A stretch of 64,000 bases of DNA from a bacterium. Lineage in GTDB: Bacteria > UBA8248. The position numbers and the translations under genes are program-made. The first letter of the stretch is position 1. Each line of letters begins with the position of its first letter. The notes beneath the pieces were generated by a model. It ran no database searches and had not been told where the DNA came from. It was given only the letters and a program-made list of their open reading frames with translations. Shown here piece after piece: positions 20,701 through 29,200 of the stretch. The DNA is taken from the NCBI GenBank assembly GCA_965199855.1, contig OZ241326.1:448001-512000 (forward strand), in the 5' to 3' direction.

Positions 20701-20947
20701 GGCTGGCGCCGGAAGCGAGCTGTATCGGGGGCTGGGCGCGGCCGTCCTGGGCGGCCTGGCGACCTCCACGCTGTTCACCCTGCTCCTGGTGCCGGTGGCG
20801 TTCTCCCTGTGGGTGGATTTTCTGGGCTTCCTGCGGCCCGCCGCCTTCGTTCCGCCGAAGCCGGTCGAGGCGGCGGCGCTTGCGGAGCCCGACGGCGGAA
20901 ACGGCGCGCCGCCGGCGCCCGCCCCGGAGGCGGCCGTCAGGAGCTAG
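17756..20947 (+). CDS. RND efflux permease (AcrB/AcrD/AcrF family)
   Basis: VGMVVDNSVVVLENI, GIVVNNAILL, RMRPIFMT motifs; 1063 aa. Confidence 0.95.
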   Translation: MNLPRACVKYPVTTTVGVILAALFGVIGLYRIPVQMTPTVDRPVITVETGYEGAAPLEVEEEVTKPIEEKLTSVEGLSRMISRSQEGRSRVVLEFDWGTNKDVARLDVSEKLGLVRSLPDDSDRSTISALNSDSENPIAWVVVETKRPINEVRVEGDDVIRPKLERVPGVGRVWMFGGQDREVRVTLDYAAMSARGITVAMLREALRRENKNTKAGRIDEGKRRYAVRTVGNFTRLDQLRNTIVAQNAGGAVYLRDVAKVAFDYGDAERRIRIKRVPTMGFGVLRKTGANTIEVMAGVKKAIAEINDIYEGRGIRLRQVYDETDYINQSRSLVVNNIFLGGALAIGVLLLFLGSLSSVLVIGVAIPVTVISTFIVIFALDRSINIISLAGMAFAVGMVVDNSVVVLENIYRHRELGKSRRDAAVDGAQEVWGAVLASTLTTLAVFIPVVFVQDESGQLFRDIAIAVSAAVALSLVVSISVVPMLSSRILRDARKASPLARFFQILGIYLLGRLCRRIYAAVLGWLLRGALRRVLAAAAITAGAVLLAVQFFPPIDYLPKGNRNLMFVFLRTPPGLNLDEVDRIVKGLEAKFARVEELDRFFAVARAQNPIIGLIAKKEHSDLPSMRRLVGRLFGAVQGVPGVRAFVTQASLFRRRGSGFIGGINLQVDITGSSLSEIQRVAADVGARARGLEGVRFVNSSFDLGNPELQVRVDRQKAAEFGLSVSEIGGVVETLVNGTKAGLFRDRGKELDIVLRGPLSDFTRTQGISEIKVHTPEGRVAALGDMAEVRAALGPTKVEHIDRDRSVSLTVNIGEKLPLQVAVEKMKKEVIDPMRKTLPLGYSVDVSGRARDLERTWGSLKWSLLLALLITYLLMAALFEAWSYPLIIMFSVPFAATGGVLMVSFMNSVEPSVKMDTLTMLGFIILTGIVVNNAILLVHQTLNHFRSGLPMREAILESARDRMRPIFMTTMTTVLGMLPLVISAGAGSELYRGLGAAVLGGLATSTLFTLLLVPVAFSLWVDFLGFLRPAAFVPPKPVEAAALAEPDGGNGAPPAPAPEAAVRS

Positions 20948-21737
20948 CCGATTCCGCCAGGAACGCATCCACCGCCGCGTTCCATTCAACGTGGGAGCGG
21001 CGGTAGCTGTAGTGCCCCCCTTCTTCGAGCACCACGAGCCTCGCGCCCGCTATCGCCTTCTGCAGATCCTCGGCGAAGTAGGGCGGGGTGAGGGCGTCGT
21101 CCTTCGCGGCGATGATGAGCGAGGGCTTCTCGATCCTGTGAATTTCCGCGGTTCGGTCGTGTTCGAGCGTCATGTCGAGCCGCGCGGTGATGACCTCCAC
21201 CGGCGCGATGGTGTCCTTCTGGCGCGCCTCGAGCTCGAGGAGGTTCTCGTACATGTTTCGGAACTGCGTCCACCCGCACGTCCACAGCGAGCTGAACCTG
21301 ATGTATTCCTCCGTCCCGTAAGCTTCGGCGATCTGCCTGCGCGAGGTCTGGAGGCGTGTCATGTAGGGGTCCGCCTTCGTCCAGGTGTTGGTGAAGACGC
21401 AGCGGCCGATTCGATCGGGATGGTCGAGCGCCAGGTTCTGCAGCACGCAGCCGCCCGTGGAGGTGCCCGCCGCGTGCGCCTTTTCGATTCCCAGCGCGTC
21501 GAGCAGGGCGACGGCGTCCTGGGCGATGAGGCGGGTGGAGTAGGCGCCTTCGGGCTTGTCGCTCTCGCCCGTGCCCCGGTGGTCGAAGGTGACGCAGCGG
21601 TAGCGATCCGAGAAATGGGGCATCTGGAAGTCCCAGGCGTCCAGAAGGCCCATGAGGCCGGGGATGAACAGGAACGCCTCCCCCTCTCCGCGTTCCGCGT
21701 AGTTCAGGCGCACCTCACCGGCTTGAATGCGGGGCAT
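20937..21737 (-). CDS. Alpha/beta hydrolase (RutD/PcaD-like)
   Basis: FDHRGTGES, GTSTGG nucleophile elbow, DALTP, GGH. Confidence 0.85.
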   Translation of the reverse strand: MPRIQAGEVRLNYAERGEGEAFLFIPGLMGLLDAWDFQMPHFSDRYRCVTFDHRGTGESDKPEGAYSTRLIAQDAVALLDALGIEKAHAAGTSTGGCVLQNLALDHPDRIGRCVFTNTWTKADPYMTRLQTSRRQIAEAYGTEEYIRFSSLWTCGWTQFRNMYENLLELEARQKDTIAPVEVITARLDMTLEHDRTAEIHRIEKPSLIIAAKDDALTPPYFAEDLQKAIAGARLVVLEEGGHYSYRRSHVEWNAAVDAFLAESASS

Positions 21738-21754
21738 GGCTTCTCCTTTGGAGG

Positions 21755-22768
21755 CTATTCGCTCTCATCGTTCAGGATTTCGGCCACCTCGACGCGCCGG
21801 CCCTCGCGCGCCGCGCGCGCGCCCGCGCGGATGACGGCGAGAGAGGCGACGGCCTCCTCCCCGCCCATCTCGGGGGGCGCGCCTCCCCGGACGGCGTCCG
21901 CGAACTCCTCCAGCTCCTCGAGGATGGCGTCGTTCTTCTCGCAGGCCACCGGCCGGGGCGCCTTCTCCCCCCGGTAGAGAACGCGCAGGCCGTCGAACAG
22001 CGCGTAGTAGGCGGTGGCCTCTTTTCCGTAGACGTTCATCAGGTAGTACTCCGAGGCCGAGGCGTAGCTCGCCGCGAGGTTCGAGATGGCGCCGCATTCG
22101 TGCTCGAGGATCAGGTTCGCCACGTCGGGGTTCTCTCCGGGCAGGACGAGCTGCGCGGCGCGCCCCGATACGGCCGCGACGGGCCCCAGGAGGTAGGTCA
22201 GAACGTCCGCGTAGTGAATCCCTATCTGGAGCATGACGCCGCCCGGCATGGCCTCGGACTGATAGCGCCAGTGGCCGGGCTCGAACCTGCCCTCGCGGTC
22301 CCTGCTGATGTTGCACTCCGCCTGCACCAGCCTGCCGAATCCGCCCGCCTCGATCTCGCCCTTGATCCAGCGAAAGTGGCTCTCCCGCCGCCTCTGATAG
22401 CCGATGGCGAGCACGACGCCCGCCTCCGCGCAGGCCCGGGCGATCGCGCGGCCGTGGGCGACCGTGTGGGCGATGGGCTTGTCCAGAAAGACGTGCTTGC
22501 CCGCCCGCGCCGCCGCCCGGGTGGTTTCGAGGTGAACGTGGTTGGGCGTGGTGTTGATGACGGCCTCGATGGAGTCGTCCGCCAGAATCTCCTCGTAGCT
22601 CGCCGCCGCCGCGCAGCCGTATTTTTCGGCGAAGGCGGCGCGCTTCTCCTCCGAGCGCGTGAAGCAGGCGGCGATCTCGATTTTGTCGGTCTTTTGAACC
22701 GCGTCGGCCAGAACGTCCGACCACCAGCCCATGCCGAGCGACGCCGCGCGGAGGGGTTTTCCGCTCAT
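21755..22768 (-). CDS. Gfo/Idh/MocA family oxidoreductase
   Basis: GMGWW, TPNHVH, GKHVFLDKP, GGVMLQIGIH. Confidence 0.9.
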   Translation of the reverse strand: MSGKPLRAASLGMGWWSDVLADAVQKTDKIEIAACFTRSEEKRAAFAEKYGCAAAASYEEILADDSIEAVINTTPNHVHLETTRAAARAGKHVFLDKPIAHTVAHGRAIARACAEAGVVLAIGYQRRRESHFRWIKGEIEAGGFGRLVQAECNISRDREGRFEPGHWRYQSEAMPGGVMLQIGIHYADVLTYLLGPVAAVSGRAAQLVLPGENPDVANLILEHECGAISNLAASYASASEYYLMNVYGKEATAYYALFDGLRVLYRGEKAPRPVACEKNDAILEELEEFADAVRGGAPPEMGGEEAVASLAVIRAGARAAREGRRVEVAEILNDESE

Positions 22769-22805
22769 TGTCGGGACTCCTTCGCGCGCCGCCGGAGGAG
22801 GCGCC

Positions 22806-23246
22806 TCATTCAAAGGCGGCGCCCACCGCCTCGACGGCCGCGCGCGCGATGGCCTCGTCCTGCTCCCAGTCGCCCCCGCTCACGCCGATGCCGCCCATGC
22901 ACTCGCCCTCGTGGAGAATCGGGAAGCCGCCCTCCATCGCCGTCCAGCGCCCGGGCCCGGCGGCGAGGGCGAGGCCGAGGGCGTGCGCCGTGTCGAGATG
23001 CTGCGCCTGCGCGCCCCGCGTGGTGGTGGGGCGCCTGTTCGAGGCGGCGCAGACCGCCTTCGTGGTGGAGGAGTGCGCCGTGTGGAAGCGCCCGCCGTCC
23101 ATGCGCTCGAGCAGGAGGAGGCGCCCGCCCGCGTCGGCGATGGCCACGGTGACGGCGATTCCGAACGCCTCCGCCCTGGCGATGGCGGCGGCCATCATCA
23201 TTTTCGCGCCCTTGTTGGTGAGGCGGTGCGTCCGGGCGAACGGCAT
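22806..23246 (-). CDS. GlcG/HbpS family heme-binding protein
   Basis: VTVAIADAGG.LL.LERMDG, KAVCA, GGFPI...GGIGVSGG. Confidence 0.88.
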   Translation of the reverse strand: MPFARTHRLTNKGAKMMMAAAIARAEAFGIAVTVAIADAGGRLLLLERMDGGRFHTAHSSTTKAVCAASNRRPTTTRGAQAQHLDTAHALGLALAAGPGRWTAMEGGFPILHEGECMGGIGVSGGDWEQDEAIARAAVEAVGAAFE

Positions 23247-23484
23247 GGCCTGGCCTCCTCGCGTCGGCGGGCTTCGGGCGAGCCGCCGTTCGCTTCGATG
23301 CGGCGGGTTTTCGGGCGGCTTGGGGAATCTAGGGGAGGGCGAGGGAAATGTCAACGATTCCGGCGGAAAGCGCGCCGGGAGACGCCCGGGTCTCCGGCGG
23401 GGCGGGCGGGGGCGCAAATGCGGGCGGATGCGCGCAAACGCCGCGGCCTTGCGAAATACCCCCTCCCGGCGCCCCCTGATTCCC

Positions 23485-23605
23485 ATAATCTTTTTATTTT
23501 CAATGAGTTGATATTTTTTTCGCGCTCCGAAGGGTCTTGAATTTGTCGAAAAAAGGCGTGAATTTGCGGGATAAAGGCGTGAATTTGTCGGATTTTGTCG
23601 AAAAC
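23485..23605 (-). repeat. Three 21-bp tandem repeats plus IHF-consensus site (element copy 2, inverted relative to copy 1)
   Basis: Minus strand aatccgacaaattcacgcctt / tatcccgcaaattcacgcctt / ttttcgacaaattcaag, then TATCAACTCATTG (WATCAANNNNTTR). Confidence 0.75.
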
Positions 23606-23794
23606 GGGATCGTTTTCATTATGGCGCGGACGGAGCGCGCGCCACGCCCTCGCCTTCGTCCTCATCCGCTTCCCGAAATCCATGCGTTCGCCTCCTCCCT
23701 TTCGCGGCGGATTCTCGCGCATTCAGGGGAAAGCCCGACAGGCGCAAATGCGGGCAAATGCGCGCGGCGACCGGGCGGGGGCGGCAACGGTTTC

Positions 23795-26146
23795 GTAGGG
23801 GCGGCCCCCTGTGGCCGCCCGTCGTCAATGGCGAGGATGGGGTGGGGATATTGTAGGGGCGGTTCGAGAACCGCCCGTTTTCAGGAAGACAATCAAAACC
23901 CTGGATTCCGGCCTTCGCCGGAATGACGGCGGAATGAGGACGCGGTGCGGACAACCACAGGGGGTTGTCCCTACGATTCCGATTCGCGCGTCATCGCCGG
24001 GGCGACAACGGGGCGCATATATGCGCCCCCTACGGGCGGGTGTGACGGTTTCGTAGGGGCGGTTCGTGAACCGCCCGTTGCGATAATCGATCGCCGCGCG
24101 AATTCGTGTCCATTACGGGTGGCGGCGATTTTGATTTGCGTAGGGGACGCATTCATGCGTCCCGCCCGGCGTTTCGCGGGGATGCGGGTTTCATGTTTTC
24201 GTAGGGGCGGCCCCGGGGAGGGGCCGCCCCACGATTCGGGAACCGCCCGTTTTGAAGGCAGACGATCAAAACCCTGGATTCCGGCTTTCGCCGGAATCCA
24301 GAGCCGGGGCGCGGGGCGGCAAACGGGCGTTCCCCGCCAATCCATGCGCGGTTTCATGGTTTCGCAGGGGCGGCGCGTGAACCGCCCGTTTTGACGGCAT
24401 GGGCCGACAACCCGGCGATTGCCCGTTCGGTCGGCGGGGCGGGTCGTTCCCGAACGACCCCTACGGGATTTTCACGCCCCGGCGGAATGAGGAACCCGGC
24501 GCGGACAACCACAGGGGGGTGTCCCTACGGGATTGAATCGCCGCCGCGTGAATCGCGCCGACCCGCGAACGGGGCGCAAGAATGCGCCCCCTACGGGCGA
24601 AATGCGCGAAGGACAATCACGGAACGCGGGGGCCATGTTTTCGTAGGGGCGGTTCGAGAACCGCCCGTTTTGAAGGGAAGGCAATCAAAACTCTGGATTC
24701 CGGCCTTCGCCGGAATGACGGGATTCCGGGGCGGCGCGCGGCGGAGGGAAAATCCTCGTTGCCGTCTCGATGTTGCTCCCCGTCGGATCGAAGGGACGCC
24801 GGGATTGGCCTTTCGCCGTCATTCCGGCGAAGGCCGGAATCCAGAACCGGGGCGCGCGGCGGCAAACGGGCGTTCCCGGTCAATCCATGCGCGGGTTCAT
24901 GGTTTCGTAGGGGCGGCGCGCGAGCCGCCCGTTTTGACGGCATGGGCCGACAATCCGGCGATTGTCCGTTTGGTCGGCGGGGCGGGTCGTTCACGAACGA
25001 CCCCTACGGAATGTTCGCGTATCGGCGGGATGGGGACGCGGCGCGGACAACCACAGGGGGTTGTCCCTACGGGATTGAATCGCCGCCGCGTGAATCGCGC
25101 CGACCCGCGAACGGGGCGCAAGAATGCGCCCCCTACGGGCGAAATGCGCGGAGGACAATCACGGAACGCGGGGTTTATGTTTCCGTAGGGGCGGCCCCTC
25201 CCCGGGGCCGCCCCACAATTCGAGAACCGCCCGTTTTGACGGGAAGGCAATCAAACCCCTGGATTCCGGCCTTCGCCGGAATGACGGCCGGGGATGCCCC
25301 TACGGGGCCGGATGGCGTGATTCATCCGTAGGGGACGCATTCATGCGTCCCGCCCGTCGATCGGCGGGGGACGCGGTTTTTTTGATTTCGTAGGGGCGGT
25401 TCGGGAACCGCCCGTTTTGACGGGAAGACGATCAAAACCCTGGATTCCGGCCTTCGCCGGAATGACGGGATTCCGGGGCGGCGCGCGGCGGAGGGGAAAT
25501 CCTCGCCGCCGTCTCGATGTTGCTCCCCGTCAGATCGAAGGGACGCCGGGGTTGTCCTTTCGCCGTCATTCCGGCGAAGGCCGGAATCCGGAACCGGGGC
25601 GCGGCGGCGAACGGGCGTTCCCGGCCAATCCATGCGGGGGATTCATGGTTTCGCAGGGGCGGCGCGCGAACCGCCCGTTTTGACGGCATGGGCCGACAAC
25701 CCGGCGATTGTCCGTTTGGTCGGCGGGGCGGGTCGTTCACGAACGACCCCTACGGGATGGTTGCGGATTGACGGGGTGAAAATGCGGCGGAGGACAACCA
25801 CAGGGGGTTGTCCCTACGGGATTGAATCGCCGCCGCGTGAATTCGTGTCCATTGCGGGTGGCGGCGATTTTGATTTGCGTAGGGGACGCATTCATGCGTC
25901 CCGCCCGGCGTTTCGCGGGGATGCGGGTTTCATGTTTCCGTAGGGGCGGCCCCTCCCCGGGGCCGCCCCACGATTCGAGAACCGTCCGTTTTGAAGGGAA
26001 GGCGATCAAAACCCTGGATTCCGGCCTTCGCCGGAATGCCGGGATTCCGGGGCGGCGCGCGGCGGAGGGGAAATCCTCGCCGCCGTCTCGATGTTGCTCC
26101 CTGTCGGATCAAAGGGACGCCGGGGTTGGCCTTCGCCGGAATGACG
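23795..26146. repeat. Mosaic array of REP-like palindromes (BIME/REPIN-like), about 24 GTAG-type and 9 CGTC-type hairpins
   Basis: Recurring GTAGGGGCGGTTCGAGAACCGCCC, GTAGGGGACGCATTCATGCGTCCC, GTAGGGACAACCCCCTGTGGTTGTCC, GTAGGGGTCGTTCGTGAACGACCC and CGTCATTCCGGCGAAGGCCGGAATCCAG in both orientations, with recurring linkers; counts by eye. Confidence 0.9.
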
Positions 26147-26254
26147 GCCGGGGCGGAGATCGAACCGGCGGGGGTTTCCATGAAAAAACCGGGCGCAGGG
26201 ACGATTTCGCGCGTCCCCGCGCCCGGCCGTGAATCCGTCGGGCGTTCCGCGCCC

Positions 26255-29200
26255 CTAGAAGCTCACCTTCAGGGACGCCGAGCCGCCGTATTCGCTCGCC
26301 TCGCTCCCGCTCGCCTCGTAGTGGCCGGAGAGGGTGAGCGTCCCGTTTCGGCCCAGGGGGAGGGCGCCGCCCAGACCCAGGCGCACGGCGGAGGGCTGGA
26401 CCGCCGTCTTGAGCTCGACGTCGTCGATGCCCACGCTCGTCTCGTCGGAGAGCTCGCGCACGAGGCCCGCCGAGAAGAACAGCGTCCGCCCCGCTTCCCC
26501 CTTCTCCAGGGTGAAGCCCGCGCGCGCCTTCACGCTCCGCGCCTTCTCCACCGAAACGCGGGCGGCCGAGCCGACCGAATCCGTGAAGGCGTTCAGGTCC
26601 GCGTTCGACCAGACCAGCCCCAGGGTCGGGGTGACGGCCAGGCGGCCGCCCATGAGGGAGGAGCGGCGGCCGACCTCCACCCCGAACGCCAGCCCCTTGC
26701 CGCTGGCGTCCTTCTCCAGCGCGCCGCTGGCGGAGGACTCGAACTCCGCGTCGAACCAGGTGGCCTGCCCCGATACGTCCAGGTGGAAGCCGCCCCAGAG
26801 CCAGGTGGCCGAAGCCCCCGCGCCGATGCCGGTCACGAGCGTCTCGCCCACGCCCGACATCTTCGCCTTGCCCCGGAGGAGGTGCGCCGAGAGGCCGAGG
26901 ATCGCGCCCGCGCCCCGGAAGTCCACGCCCGCGCGTCCGCCGGCGACGTCGTAGTCGTAGCCGAGCTCCCGCGTCGAGATCGCCTTGTCGGCCGTCCATT
27001 CGCCGCTCGCGGCCTCCACGCGCGCCCAGGCGCCGTCCGCCCCGCGCGGGGCGCTCATGCGCTCCGAGAAGGTGGGCGTCCGGGTCATCGCCAGCAGGAA
27101 GGAGGGCAGCGCCTCGTAGAGCTCGCAACGCCCGTCCTGGGCTATCGAGCAGTCGAATCCTCCCACGGGAAGCTCCGAGACGTCGAACAGGGACGAATTT
27201 TCCGCGTCCCCGTCCACCGGCGCTTCCGCGAAGAAGCCGGTGGCGCGGCCCGCCTCGTCCACCTCGACGACCCGCACCCGGCTGACGCCCCGGATTCCGC
27301 CGCTCACCCGCTGAAGAGCGGCGCGCGCCGCCTGCTGCGTGGCGCTCGTCCCGCGCAGCTCGAGCGTGGTCGCCGCGTCGCCCCGAATGGCCGCGTCCGC
27401 CCCGTTCGCCTCCACGCGGCCCGCGAGGCCGATGGTCACCGTCCCGCCGCCGGTGAGACGCACCGCCGCGTCCGCGCCCGAGGCGCCCCGCACCGCGCCG
27501 TGGATGATGATGACGGCGGGCCCCGGGTCGTTCACGAGAATCGCCCGGCCCGAGGAGCCGGCGACGAGGACGCCCGTCCTGTAGACCGTGAGCCTGCCGC
27601 CGCCGCCCAGGTGCACCGCCGCGTCCGAGCCGCCCGTCACCTCGCCATGCACCATGACGTGCTGGTCGAGAATGCCTTCCGAATCCATCCCGGCGCCCGC
27701 TACGTAGACGCCCGCCAGGGCGCCCTTCACGATCGCGCCCTCGGCGATGGTGACGCGGATTCCGCCGTTCGAGTCGTGCTGCGTCCCGTAGAAGGCGCGG
27801 ACGCCGTCGCCGCCCCCGCCGTCGATGGAGCCTCCGTTCACGGCGACGCGGATGTCGCCCGTGTTGAACCTGCTTCGCAGCGCCCGCACCTCGCTCTTCC
27901 AGGCGTCCGAGGCGCCGGTCACGCCCTCGAGGGCGGCGTCCACGTCCCCGCCCGTCGCCAGCGCCCGCAGCACCGCCGCTTCCTGCTCGGAGAGGTGCCG
28001 CCTCAGGACGTCGCGCAGGATGGTCAAGCGGCCCGAGGCGGACTCGCCCAGATACGCGATGATCTCTTGGTCGCTGTAGGCGCCGTCGCCGTCCGCGTCA
28101 ATGTCGTCGCGCCCCGGAATCGCCCCCAGCCTCCTGTCGGTGAGCACCGCCCGGAAGCGCGCCACGATGGCCTCCGCCCGCGCCTTCACCGCCGCGTCGG
28201 TCGAGGCGATGTCGAGCAGGGCGGTCCGTTGCGCCGCGCTCCTGATCTCGCCCGGGTCGTCGCCCGCCCCCGCGACCCTGTTGAGTATCCGCCAGGAGAG
28301 GACCTCGGCGTCGATTCCCGCCAGCCCCTTCGCCGACCGCATGACCTCCCCCGCCTGGAACTCCTGGGCGAACTCGATGGCGTGGGCGACGCCGTTGGCG
28401 GGGGCGCCGCCGGTCCGGCCCTCCGGCAAGGTGAACGAGCCCGTCCAGACGACGTCGATGAGGGGCTCGTCCGCCGCCGCCCCCGTTCGCGCGTTCGCGT
28501 GCGGGACGGTGGCATAGACGCCCTGAAGCGCCGTGATCGCCCCGCCCTGCTCGATCCTGATGCGCCCTTTCGCGTTCCGGCGATCCGACAGATACGCCCA
28601 GAGTCCCGCGTTGTGCATCGCCGTCAGCGTGGCGCCCTTCGAGACGCTCGCCTCGGCGGAGCCGCCCTCGTTGTTGATCACCTCGACGGCGGGCCTGCTG
28701 AGCGACTCCGGGGCCTTGACCGACCCGCCCGCGACCTCGACCCTGGCGGTCGCCTCGTTCTCGGGAGCGGGAGAGTCCGCGCTGTCCTCGTTGCGCCAGC
28801 GTCCTATCTCGGCGTGAATGGCGGCGAGCCTGTTGCCGCGGATTTCGCCCGCCTCCTGCCTGACGAGGACGTCGCCCGCGCCGGCGCCCTCCTTCCGCGC
28901 CCAGACGCCGCCGGGCCCCGTGACGTCGCCCCTGTTCACGATCGTGACGTCGCCCGCGCCGTCGTCCTCGGAGAAAATGCCCACGCCGTTGAGCGCCGTG
29001 ATGGTCCCGGCGTTCTCTATGCGGAAGTCGCCCGCGCCCCCGTTCCAGACGTGGATGCCGTTCGCGGCCCCCACGTCAATGTCGGCGGCGTTGACGATCT
29101 CGGCGCCGCTCATGTTCATGGCGCCCACGCTCACGTGGATGCCGTGCGCCCCCCCCTCCGCCGTGGTGATCTCGCCTTCCGTGGCGGCGATCCGGATGGC

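Noticed and set aside
23795-26146. CRISPR array interpretation of the palindromic repeat region
   Set aside because: Repeats belong to several classes and occur in both orientations, most linkers recur rather than being unique spacers, spacing is irregular, and no cas genes are in the window.
23537-26232. Many short ORFs across the repeat array (WIPAFAGMT, VGAVREPP peptides)
   Set aside because: They are translations of the REP hairpins in several frames, with no RBS or coding signal.
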